28,432 nucleotides of DNA from IMG/VR virus record IMGVR_UViG_3300028777_000010, positions 1 through 28,432 of that record. The stretch is one strand, 5' to 3'. Position numbers and translations under genes: made by a program. Of this stretch, positions 1-7,906 are shown in pieces; within the stretch, counting starts at the first letter, position 1; the number at the start of each line of letters is the position of its first letter. The notes under the pieces are model-generated. The model was not told the DNA's origin, made no database searches, and saw nothing but the letters and a program-made list of their open reading frames with translations. The stretch is from a virus (lineage: Duplodnaviria; Caudoviricetes).

Positions 1-2
1 TC

Positions 3-104
3 GGTGTAGGTGTTGGATTGGACAACGTTATCAGCTGTGAGAATTTCGATCAATATCTGGGCGGCGAGGAGCCTGAGTTTGAAGCGCCTTTAAACTGCGA
101 TTAA
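3..104 (+). CDS. 3' end of an upstream phage ORF (partial, ...GVGVGLDNVISCENFDQYLGGEEPEFEAPLNCD*)
   Basis: Frame is open from the window edge to TAA at 102-104, directly abutting the ATG at 105. Confidence 0.5.
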   Translation, partial: GVGVGLDNVISCENFDQYLGGEEPEFEAPLNCD

Positions 105-314
105 ATGGACATTGAAAGCCTATTCGATTTACCGGCGGACGTACAGGTCATGGTGCTGCTCTCAGCACTGGAGACCATGTCGGTGGAATCTTATCGGATC
201 AGGCAAATCTTCAACGACACCGGCTCCCAGGTTGCCAGTCGTTTCCTTGAAGAACACGAACATTCTTCAGCCAGGATTAAGGATCGGATTATGACATTGT
301 TTTCTCAAAAATGA
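105..314 (+). CDS. small hypothetical phage protein (69 aa)
   Basis: ATG directly follows the previous stop; tight packing with neighbouring ORFs. Confidence 0.6.
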   Translation: MDIESLFDLPADVQVMVLLSALETMSVESYRIRQIFNDTGSQVASRFLEEHEHSSARIKDRIMTLFSQK

Positions 315-321
315 ATGACCC

Positions 322-555
322 ATGCCCGAACAACTAGATATGTTTCCAGATACAAACATTAAAACCGGCAAAGACTATGTTCGGCTGCCGGATGGTCGGT
401 TTTGCAACCGGTTCCAGCGCGAATTGGCAGTCAAGGATAGAGCAATCGCACGACTATCGAGACGAAACGAGATACTGGAGCGCCAGTCGGCTGCGCTGAT
501 CGCGGCCAATACCGTCCTTCAAAAGTACGCTGGAGTAAATGCCGGCTCACACTAA
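322..555 (+). CDS. small hypothetical phage protein with coiled-coil C-terminus (77 aa)
   Basis: Operon-like spacing; N-terminal QLDMF motif and a helical C-terminus. Confidence 0.6.
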   Translation: MPEQLDMFPDTNIKTGKDYVRLPDGRFCNRFQRELAVKDRAIARLSRRNEILERQSAALIAANTVLQKYAGVNAGSH

Positions 556-573
556 TAAAACAGAACAAAAAAG

Positions 574-1074
574 ATGAATACAAAATTTAATACGGTCGAT
601 GATGTCTTGAATGATCCAAAATTCGGATTAAACATTAGTGATCATATCAGGAGAATCGAACAGAATCGCACCGATATGTTACATAAGGCGCATCAGGCTG
701 AGATTGACACCCGCATCCGTCGACATCCATTTGATTGCCTAAAGGATAGCGGCAAACTCCATCCTAACGACCTGGCAGATGAATTTCGGTTGATCCTGCA
801 AAAGAAATCAAAACTTTCCTCCACTATCAGAGCTTTCGTGTACAACATTGTCACGCTTGAGATGCGCAACACCATTGAGTTCTACAAACCGGCTGAAGAA
901 AGCCAGAAAAAAGAAGTCGAACGTAACATGAAACCGTTACACCGTTGTTGGGCACGGTTGTCCGACACCCGTAAACGTAAGCTTCGCGCTAAAGCTGATA
1001 AGTTGAATATTCCTCAGATGCTTGTACCAGAAGAATATGAGGCTGGAAACTTAATAATATCAGATAGGTGGTAA
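574..1074 (+). CDS. hypothetical phage protein (166 aa)
   Basis: A-rich leader typical of Bacteroidetes starts; co-oriented ORF. Confidence 0.7.
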   Translation: MNTKFNTVDDVLNDPKFGLNISDHIRRIEQNRTDMLHKAHQAEIDTRIRRHPFDCLKDSGKLHPNDLADEFRLILQKKSKLSSTIRAFVYNIVTLEMRNTIEFYKPAEESQKKEVERNMKPLHRCWARLSDTRKRKLRAKADKLNIPQMLVPEEYEAGNLIISDRW

Positions 1075-1112
1075 CATCAAGCCCTGGCCAGGCTTTGTAA
1101 AGGCTTTTTATT

Positions 1113-1340
1113 ATGAAAACAAACTTAGGAAAAATGGTTGTATATCATACGACCGAAGCTGACAGAGAATTATTGTCGCAACATGGTAACGTAAATGATC
1201 ACTTGCCCGCCGTTGTTGTCGCCCAATGGTCAGAAACTTGCTGTAATCTTAAAATCATCACGGATGGAGCGGGAAGTGACCTATGGCATACATCGGTTGT
1301 ACAAGGTCCTAATCCTGGAGAGTTCGACAATATCGAATAA
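1113..1340 (+). CDS. small beta-rich hypothetical phage protein (75 aa)
   Basis: Co-oriented ORF with an AT-rich leader; GKMVVY...PAVVV...NLKI..DG...W.TSV pattern. Confidence 0.65.
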   Translation: MKTNLGKMVVYHTTEADRELLSQHGNVNDHLPAVVVAQWSETCCNLKIITDGAGSDLWHTSVVQGPNPGEFDNIE

Positions 1341-1402
1341 AAAAAAGGCCGTCTTGTCCGAAAACAATCAAGCCCTTATTTGCTGGTGGTTCTGCAAATA
1401 TA
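1339..1402 (-). ncRNA. candidate ~50-nt small RNA with its own promoter and terminator
   Basis: Minus-strand TATATTTG (Bacteroidetes -7 box) at 1402-1395, then a UUCG-looped hairpin (1375-1347) and a U8 tract (1346-1339). Confidence 0.5.
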
Positions 1403-1418
1403 GCAAGTTTTCGGTAAC

Positions 1419-1652
1419 ATGGCATACAACAAGAAGAATCTGTTAAGAAAAATCGTAGAAATCCAGACCATCGTCCTTGCCGCCAAAAAGCGGGGAGCAG
1501 CGCAGGTCTGGATTTATAGAAATCTTGTCTCCGCCCAATACCATATTTCCGAATCAACTTATAACAATTACCTATCCATAAATGCCAAGCGTGAACTGGA
1601 GCTCATTGATAAACTCGAGGAGGAAAAGAAGAAACAACTTGAACTATTCTGA
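1419..1652 (+). CDS. small basic HTH-like protein, candidate late-gene regulator (77 aa)
   Basis: HTH-like segment QYHISESTYNNYL; last gene of the rightward middle block, a position comparable to Mu C/Mor (inference). Confidence 0.6.
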   Translation: MAYNKKNLLRKIVEIQTIVLAAKKRGAAQVWIYRNLVSAQYHISESTYNNYLSINAKRELELIDKLEEEKKKQLELF

Positions 1653-1686
1653 TATGCAAAAAATATCTTTCTCCGTCTCCAACAGC

Positions 1687-1714
1687 AGAAAAGCCCCAAA
1701 ATCGGGGCTTTTCT
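1687..1714. terminator. bidirectional intrinsic terminator
   Basis: AGAAAAGCCCC-aaaatc-GGGGCTTTTCT inverted repeat between convergent genes. Confidence 0.85.
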
Positions 1715-2160
1715 CATTTATCGGCGGTGTTGTCCTCATAACCTGCCTTCAATACGATCTTGTATTGGAAATAGCCGTTGACGCTGTTTTCCTTGCCCTG
1801 TTCGGTTCGACAGAGTGAATCGAAGTTGTCAGTGCTGTACCCTTGAAGGGCGGCGTAAACGTCGGCTATGGTGTCGTACAGGGCCAGCGACTTGGCCCGT
1901 ACTTCCTCCGTCGCTTCGCCGTTCGACCGGTTGGTCTTCGGATCAAACGCCAGGCGTACGGTAATAACGGCGTCGCACTCCTGAATGGTGTCGGTTATGT
2001 TTCGCTTGGGGCGAACGGCGATGCCTATGAGCGCGCAGGGGAACAGTACTGCAGGCCGGTCGGTTTTCACATCCAGTTGTCCCGTGTCCAGGTCTATCCA
2101 CTTAAGTTCCGGTACCTGGTCTTTAAGCCGCGCCATGACGGCCATGTAGATTGTCTTCAT
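1714..2160 (-). CDS. Mu gp37-like tail terminator/completion protein (148 aa)
   Basis: L.WIDLD.GQL....RPAV.FPCALI motif; position after the gpG-like gene. Confidence 0.65.
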   Translation of the reverse strand: MKTIYMAVMARLKDQVPELKWIDLDTGQLDVKTDRPAVLFPCALIGIAVRPKRNITDTIQECDAVITVRLAFDPKTNRSNGEATEEVRAKSLALYDTIADVYAALQGYSTDNFDSLCRTEQGKENSVNGYFQYKIVLKAGYEDNTADK

Positions 2161-2657
2161 TTGGTGAGTATTTGTTTGATTTGGGTGGTGATCTTGTCTT
2201 CAATGTTTTGCTTCAATATGACGGACTTGCCCATGGATGGACGTGCCGGCAAGGTGAACGGATATTTCCCGAACGCCTTTCCATCCGAGATCCCGAACTG
2301 GTGGACCGAGGCGTATGGAGCCGCGTTGGTTATCCTGGCGCCTTCGGCCGTCCGGTCGTAAGATATGGAGCTTTGCAGTTCCTGGGTCTCACCGGTCAGT
2401 ATCTTGGCCGCCGTCCTGGCCTCAGAGAATTTTCCGGTCTGTCCTGAGCGGCCATACCACGGCGATTCCGGATCGCGTCTTTTCACGTCCCTCCACTTTT
2501 CCAGGGAGTTGTCGGTGAATCCCTCATTTTTGAATGACTCCTTGAAGTGGTTGACCGCCTCCACACCCATGATGTCCTTGATATCTTCACCCTGTACGAA
2601 TTGGGTGACTTCCTCCATCTTTTTGGCGAAAGCTTCTGAAAAATCGGCGATATCCAT
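2157..2657 (-). CDS. phage virion morphogenesis protein (Mu gpG / P2 S-like, 166 aa)
   Basis: ILTGET..L..SI, YA.VHQFG and LPARP.MG motifs. Confidence 0.8.
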   Translation of the reverse strand: MDIADFSEAFAKKMEEVTQFVQGEDIKDIMGVEAVNHFKESFKNEGFTDNSLEKWRDVKRRDPESPWYGRSGQTGKFSEARTAAKILTGETQELQSSISYDRTAEGARITNAAPYASVHQFGISDGKAFGKYPFTLPARPSMGKSVILKQNIEDKITTQIKQILTK

Positions 2658-2699
2658 AAAAATGTCCTTTAAATGTTGATAATACGCTGTTTAAAGCAT

Positions 2700-2707
2700 T
2701 ATATTTG
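2700..2707 (+). promoter_or_regulatory. Bacteroidetes -7 promoter box (TATATTTG), antisense to the head operon
   Basis: Exact TAnnTTTG match in an AT-rich intergenic gap; a GTTG element lies about 21 nt upstream. Confidence 0.65.
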
Positions 2708-2713
2708 TAGCCT

Positions 2714-2796
2714 AATGGAGAGATATTCCCTTTTAAGGGAGTTCACTCCCCCAGCGAGGGAAGATGCGGCAACGTATTTTCCCTCGCTTATTTATT
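2714..2796 (+). ncRNA. candidate structured small RNA: tRNA-acceptor-like hairpin ending NCCA, then a GNRA-capped terminator hairpin
   Basis: GGAGAGA (2717-23) pairs with UCACUCC (2743-49), followed by C-CCA (2750-53). A 16-bp stem 2753-68/2773-88 has a GCAA loop and two G-U pairs that work only on the + strand, followed by a U/A-rich tail. The start position is estimated from the promoter. Confidence 0.6.
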
Positions 2797-5367
2797 GCCA
2801 AACCGTGTACGTAGCTTCGCCGCATCAAGGGTGATGGGTCCCATACCTTTCCTGATCAGCACGATGGACTTAATGATCGTTCCGCGATTTGCCTGGAGGG
2901 CTGCTTTCAGGCCTTCGTACAGTTCCGTTGACGTGTAGGCGCCCTCCAGCCTGATGACCACCTCCTCGGCATGCTGTCTGGATGCCGATTTGACACTGTT
3001 CTGTATGGCATGCGACCCGCTCTTGGTGATCGGGTGCTTGGCGTCCGAGAACATGCCGGTCTTGTGGTTGAAGGCGTCCGGATTCTTTACTCCGGAGGTT
3101 TCCGGCAGCAAGGAGTATTTCCCACCAAGATCGGCAAGCTGCTTGTAGGTTTCGACGTTCTTTTTGAACTCGTTCTTGTTTTGCTTGACGATCTCCAGGC
3201 TCCCGCCCTTCTTGCCTTTGTAAACCTCAGTCTTCAGCTGTGTTTTTTCTGCCGCCCTCAGCATCGTCATAGCCGATGCGACGACATCCTTCCTGACAGC
3301 TTCCTCCGTATGCTGATAGTAGGGTGTCTGCTTGATGTTCACGAACTCGGCTGTCTTCTCGGCATTGTTTCTGAAGGCGGGATTGGCGTCACCTTCGGGC
3401 ACCTCGGTCGGCTTCTTGTCCGTCTGTCGGACGCCGCAGCTGCAATTCCAGTCGGAGGGCGGCATGTGCTCGTTCCACCACTCATGATCGATCGGTAGGA
3501 TGGTTCCCACCCATGTCAGGTGCAGGGCGCGCTGATGGACAGATACGCTCTCGATGTATTCCAGATTCGGGTACAGATGGGCCGACTGCTTGAACTTTTT
3601 CAGGTTGGCAGCCATGCGCGCAGCCTTCACAGCCGTGTTGTATTCGGTCTGCAACCATTCGATGTTGTACTTGGCCGACAGTTCCAGGGCCATCTTCTTG
3701 AATTTGTAGAAAGGTCGTAGCTTGCCATTCTCGTCAATCATCATGGCGGCCATCTCCTTAGTCTGCTGATGGTTCTTGAAAGCAGCAAATACGGCCGTAT
3801 TGGTCTTGAACTGCTTGACAAAGTCGGAATGATCCTCCTTGATCGGAGCCAGCGACGTATTCACCGCATGTTGCAGGGGAACGTTCGTTGCCTGGAACAG
3901 CTTGGCGTTGATCAGCTCATCGGCCTTTCCCCCATAAATATCCCTGATGGCCTGGTTGACCAGCTGGTCGATGTTGATCGTGTAGTCATCCGCAAGTGTG
4001 ATCGTGGTACTGCTGGTCGATCTCCCGCTCCAGTTCTGATATGCCCCGCTCCTTAGCGTCGGGGCGTAGCCGAAAAAACGTTCAAGCAGTTTGACGAAAA
4101 ATCCGTGGTCATCGTTCTTGATCTCATCCTTGGTTTTATCCACCGCAACCGTTTTGTCCTTTCCGGCTTCCTTGGTTGTCGGGGGCTTTGCGTCAGTTCC
4201 TCCGCTCGGATCGGGATCTTTTTTTTCGGACTTGGGTATGCCGGTGATCTCGTAGAAGTAATCGTCGCTCACCGCTATGCCTTGCTTCTTTAGGCTTAGG
4301 GCCATGTCGACGCGCTCCTTGGTCGAGATGCGCTCTCCTCCGTCCGGAAAGGTGAAAAATCCACCGGCCACGTTATAACCGCGCTTGATCAGCAGCGGAA
4401 CAATTTTGCGGTTAAGGATGCGTTGGATAAAGCGGCGGTCCGACTTGGTTATGTCCTTCTGTCCGTTCTCATGCACCTCGGCCTGCGATTTGCTTGATCC
4501 GTCGACGGTTGTCATGACGTTTCCCAGGACAGCGATAAGTATTTCCTCGTTGCAAGCCTTGCGAAAGGTGGCATACAGGTCGCTGCTACCGGAGGACTTG
4601 TTCTCGTGAACTTCGATCTCCGACTCTTTGGGCACGGCCGCTACCCTGTTCCCTCCGAGTGTCGACAGGGCTTCAAAGAGTTGGTCGCGAGTGTTGGTGT
4701 CGTACGAACTGTACTTGCCGGTCACGAACGGCATGCCGAACAGCTCGGCGAATTGCGCCCAGTCTCCGAAATTGCCGCGCTTGTAGATCACGTACGGTGC
4801 CGCTTTGAATACATATCCCAGGTCATCATCCTTTCCGGCCTCGATGATGAAGTCGTCCAATGTGTAGTCGTAACCTGTCAGGTCCGATTCCTTGGCCACG
4901 ATATATTTCCTTCGTTCCGCCAGCGGCTTGTCCACGTTGGTGATCTTGATGTGCTTTCTCGGATAGGAGAACACGGAGAATTCAGGCAGGAATGCCATTT
5001 CTATGACACTTTTGCCGAAAGCCTTGCTCAGGGCGATTTCCCGTATCAACTCCTCAAATTCGGGGGTGTCGATCAGATCGTCGATTTCCTCGACGTTCTT
5101 TCCGTCCATCTGGAAGGTGATCTCCGCATTGGTGATGGCGTTCACGCGCTTTTCAATGGCATCCGACAGGTATGGGTCTGCCAGTATGTTTTCGCACAGG
5201 TCGTAGTATTTCGTGCGGTTGCCGGTTTTAAATCCGTTGACGGCCTTTTTCCAAACGTCGATGTCGGTTGTCTCAATCTTGGCCGGACGTAGGACAAGGG
5301 TTTGTATGATTGCGCTCGCGGCCGGACTTTCCAGCTTGGGAGCCTGGGGTGCATCTTTCTTTTTCAT
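2788..5367 (-). CDS. portal (DUF935/Mu gp29-like) + MuF head morphogenesis domain + C-terminal CdiA-like PD-(D/E)xK nuclease toxin fusion (859 aa)
   Basis: Portal motifs W..F.ELFGMP..GKY and S.SQAEVH; MuF motifs WLQTEYNTA and WW..H.PP..WNC.C.V; C-terminal KNPDA..SDAK..IQNSVK.A..Q.AEEVVI resembling CdiA tRNase domains. Confidence 0.85.
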   Translation of the reverse strand: MKKKDAPQAPKLESPAASAIIQTLVLRPAKIETTDIDVWKKAVNGFKTGNRTKYYDLCENILADPYLSDAIEKRVNAITNAEITFQMDGKNVEEIDDLIDTPEFEELIREIALSKAFGKSVIEMAFLPEFSVFSYPRKHIKITNVDKPLAERRKYIVAKESDLTGYDYTLDDFIIEAGKDDDLGYVFKAAPYVIYKRGNFGDWAQFAELFGMPFVTGKYSSYDTNTRDQLFEALSTLGGNRVAAVPKESEIEVHENKSSGSSDLYATFRKACNEEILIAVLGNVMTTVDGSSKSQAEVHENGQKDITKSDRRFIQRILNRKIVPLLIKRGYNVAGGFFTFPDGGERISTKERVDMALSLKKQGIAVSDDYFYEITGIPKSEKKDPDPSGGTDAKPPTTKEAGKDKTVAVDKTKDEIKNDDHGFFVKLLERFFGYAPTLRSGAYQNWSGRSTSSTTITLADDYTINIDQLVNQAIRDIYGGKADELINAKLFQATNVPLQHAVNTSLAPIKEDHSDFVKQFKTNTAVFAAFKNHQQTKEMAAMMIDENGKLRPFYKFKKMALELSAKYNIEWLQTEYNTAVKAARMAANLKKFKQSAHLYPNLEYIESVSVHQRALHLTWVGTILPIDHEWWNEHMPPSDWNCSCGVRQTDKKPTEVPEGDANPAFRNNAEKTAEFVNIKQTPYYQHTEEAVRKDVVASAMTMLRAAEKTQLKTEVYKGKKGGSLEIVKQNKNEFKKNVETYKQLADLGGKYSLLPETSGVKNPDAFNHKTGMFSDAKHPITKSGSHAIQNSVKSASRQHAEEVVIRLEGAYTSTELYEGLKAALQANRGTIIKSIVLIRKGMGPITLDAAKLRTRFGNK
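4043..4078 (-). promoter_or_regulatory. putative programmed -1 ribosomal frameshift signal at the portal/MuF junction
   Basis: In-frame slippery heptamer T-TTT-TTC (4078-4072), 6-nt spacer, then hairpin GCCCCG-N11-CGGGGC (4065-4043). The -1 frame stops at TGA 3988-3986. Confidence 0.6.
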
Positions 5368-5783
5368 ATATGTTGGTTTCTTCTTGGGTTGCTGGAAAAG
5401 CGAAACTGCGTATTGTTCTCGACCGCACCCGTAGCATCTATCCTCACTGGAAAGTCCGGAACGATGCTGCCTTTCTGTACTCCTTTAAGCCATGCGATGG
5501 CCGAGTTGTAACGTCTCTCCTTGGCCTCGTAGTCGACCGACGGGTTGGCAATGTTGATGTAGTGCCAAACGGCGATGTCCTTGACCCAAATGAGCAGCAA
5601 GGCGTCACGTGACTCTTCGGATGCGTTAAAGATGGCATCCGTGTCAAACGCATGCAGGTAGCCTTTGGCTTCTGCCTGCCCGCCCGATATGGCGGCGGTA
5701 AGCAACCTGTCATCGTCGCCGCTGATGGCCGTGATCGTTTCCGGATACAGGTGAGTGAATATTTCTTCAGATGTTAGGAACAT
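5364..5783 (-). CDS. Mu gp36-like (DUF1320) head-tail connector (139 aa)
   Basis: A..YL...D...IF, KDIAVWH and RY..AI.WLK.V..G motifs; position between terminase and portal. Confidence 0.8.
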   Translation of the reverse strand: MFLTSEEIFTHLYPETITAISGDDDRLLTAAISGGQAEAKGYLHAFDTDAIFNASEESRDALLLIWVKDIAVWHYINIANPSVDYEAKERRYNSAIAWLKGVQKGSIVPDFPVRIDATGAVENNTQFRFSSNPRRNQHI

Positions 5784-5785
5784 GG

Positions 5786-7321
5786 TTAAATGCGTTTAGA
5801 ATTGTTTTGTTTGCTAAAGGTCTTGATGCTGTCCTGGGCAAGGCTCGACAGCTTTTCGTTGAAGATGAAGTACGCGCCCTCAATGCAGTCGGCGCCGTCG
5901 GCCGGCGCGCTCAGTTGCGGGGTGATCAGCTTGAACTGGTCTTCCAGCCGTTGCATGTGCGGGTTGTCCTTTTCCGCGATGTTGAAGATCATCCTGCCCT
6001 CACGGTTGAGCGGTTCCAGGTTGCCTTCGATGCGTGCATACTTGTCAGGCTTTGGGCGCGGGTCGGGCGAGATGTTGACGTTCTTCTTGAACTTGTCCCT
6101 CGCGGTGGCGAAAAGAGGCTTGAAGACCTGTTGATAGAACGGGTCCTGTAGCTTGTTGTTCTCAATGAAGCTGTACACCTGGTTCTTTCCCTTGACATAG
6201 CTGTCTATGAAGTAGAACCAGTCGACAAAATCCGAGTTGGTGACCCTGTCCAGGTATCCGGTAATGACATACAGCTTGAAATCAAGGATTCCGACAAGGA
6301 AGTTCGACTTGAACGAATTGGCCTTGGTCTTGGTGTTGTTGGACGGTGCGGGGTCGGAATAGTTGACCAGGAACGGGAACTTTTCGAGTGGCGGTACCGC
6401 TCCCCATGTTATTTCCTTGAAGATGTCACCTTCGGAGATGGGGTTGTTGAAAAATTCCTTCTGTCCGGATGCGGTGCTGATCAAGGAAAGGAACCGGTCG
6501 ATGTCCTGCTCGCTGTTCTTGGCCCAGGATGACATGCCGTTCTTATCCCTGATGTTGATGATATCCGGAAAATCGGCTTTCTTGATGGCTCTGGATATGC
6601 AACAATCCTTTGCGATGATGTTCCCGCAAAATAGGATACGATAATCACCCGACACCGAGAGGGTCGGTATGACGGCCTGCTCAATCCATTCCCATTTGAT
6701 CTTGATGCGGTCCGGATTGCGGGTCTCCTCATCCGTGTCGATGTCGTCGAACCAAAGAAAGTCCGTACGCCAGGCCTCGTTCCTCGTACCGCGCGGACTT
6801 TGCCCGGCACCGATGGCCCTCCAGGAGGCTCCGCCCTTGGTCGTGAACTCACCATCCTCCCAACTGCCTGGCTTCTGCTGTGTGCCATAATCATTGATGA
6901 TGCGTTGATTTCCTTCCAGGTTGGCTCTTACAGGCAACAAAAGCCGTTTGGCATTGGATTCGGAGTTGGATATGAGCAGCGTGTTTCTGACCTCACCCGT
7001 AAGGGCAAGCTTCATGTTTTCGAACATGGTCCTGGTTGTCTTGGCCAGCTCGCGTGACCAGGCGCGGACCTCATACCAGCGCTTATTTTTCATGATCCTC
7101 TTGGTCGCCTTCTTGTGGAACAGCGCCGGATCGGATTTGTAGTAAAGGGGAAAGTAGTATTTGAACCACGCCTCGTCGTCAGCCTCAAGCCTGGCGATGC
7201 GCTTGAGTTTCTCGCCGTGGGACTCGTTGTCGTCAATTGGTGTGGACTCCCTGAGCGATTTTAGGTCCTCTTCCCACAATCTTATCGCATCCTTTTCCGA
7301 TGCTGTCAATCGTTTTCTCAT
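5786..7321 (-). CDS. terminase large subunit (Mu gp28-like, 511 aa)
   Basis: Variant Walker A R.WSRELAKTT, GQSPRG, Walker B LWFDDID, and nuclease acidic motifs SDPA and DGADC.EGA. Confidence 0.88.
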   Translation of the reverse strand: MRKRLTASEKDAIRLWEEDLKSLRESTPIDDNESHGEKLKRIARLEADDEAWFKYYFPLYYKSDPALFHKKATKRIMKNKRWYEVRAWSRELAKTTRTMFENMKLALTGEVRNTLLISNSESNAKRLLLPVRANLEGNQRIINDYGTQQKPGSWEDGEFTTKGGASWRAIGAGQSPRGTRNEAWRTDFLWFDDIDTDEETRNPDRIKIKWEWIEQAVIPTLSVSGDYRILFCGNIIAKDCCISRAIKKADFPDIINIRDKNGMSSWAKNSEQDIDRFLSLISTASGQKEFFNNPISEGDIFKEITWGAVPPLEKFPFLVNYSDPAPSNNTKTKANSFKSNFLVGILDFKLYVITGYLDRVTNSDFVDWFYFIDSYVKGKNQVYSFIENNKLQDPFYQQVFKPLFATARDKFKKNVNISPDPRPKPDKYARIEGNLEPLNREGRMIFNIAEKDNPHMQRLEDQFKLITPQLSAPADGADCIEGAYFIFNEKLSSLAQDSIKTFSKQNNSKRI

Positions 7322-7767
7322 CGCAGCCTGTCCTTTATGAATGCATCAAACAACGGGGCCATTCCTTGTGCTTGTGCCAGGTCCGTCTTGCGTATCCAAT
7401 CAAGGAAACTCCTGAAGGTGGAAATGATGTCGGCAAGGCCGATGTCGGTCTCCATCTTGTCGATGGCTCCGGCCAGTTTGGAGATGGTGTCGGCTTCGGC
7501 CGTGGTGGCGTACCTCGCTCCGGAGTCACGGCTCGTGATGGCCTTGTTCAGCTCGGAGAGTTGCCTGTAAAGGTTCTTCAGCTGCTCTTCCTTGGTGATC
7601 GTGATGGAGACTTTAAGTTCATCCCACAGTCCATCCTTCACCCATTTGCATACGGTCTGGGCCGATACGCCAACGCGCTCGGCAATCTCCTTTTGGGACA
7701 GGTTCTCGCGTGTGAACAGCAGCTTGGCCCAGTCCTTTTTTTGCTGTATGGTCAGTTCCTTTGCCAT
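7318..7767 (-). CDS. terminase small subunit-like HTH protein (DUF1804-like, 149 aa)
   Basis: N-terminal HTH (SQKEIAERVGVSAQTVCKW...W); overlaps the large terminase start. Confidence 0.8.
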   Translation of the reverse strand: MAKELTIQQKKDWAKLLFTRENLSQKEIAERVGVSAQTVCKWVKDGLWDELKVSITITKEEQLKNLYRQLSELNKAITSRDSGARYATTAEADTISKLAGAIDKMETDIGLADIISTFRSFLDWIRKTDLAQAQGMAPLFDAFIKDRLR

Positions 7768-7906
7768 CTCTTTTTTTGGCGAAGCTATTTGTAATAAGGA
7801 GGTTGGACAATTAAGTTTCCAAGGGTTGCAATAAATGTTTTAACCCTTGTAAGGTTATTTGTGTGATCGTTTTTGCAGCGGTTATTTTGTGTCAAAACCA
7901 ACAAAA
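7768..7906. promoter_or_regulatory. divergent late promoter region with a central inverted repeat
   Basis: Gap between divergent operons; CAAGGGTT-N14-AACCCTTG at 7820-7849; only imperfect -7 boxes (minus-strand TAGCTTCG at 7787-7780). Confidence 0.5.

Noticed and set aside
1079-1110. small palindromes (AAGCC...GGCTT) between middle genes
   Set aside because: The stems are too short and ambiguous to support a call.
2714-2753. bona fide tRNA gene
   Set aside because: Only about 37 nt from stem start to CCA, with no D arm or full T loop; reported only as a possible mimic.
1843-7834. many plus-strand ORFs (for example 1843-2361, 2971-3498, 4606-5292, 7300-7794) over the leftward head operon
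   Set aside because: These are antisense shadows of well-supported minus-strand genes with no recognisable motifs.
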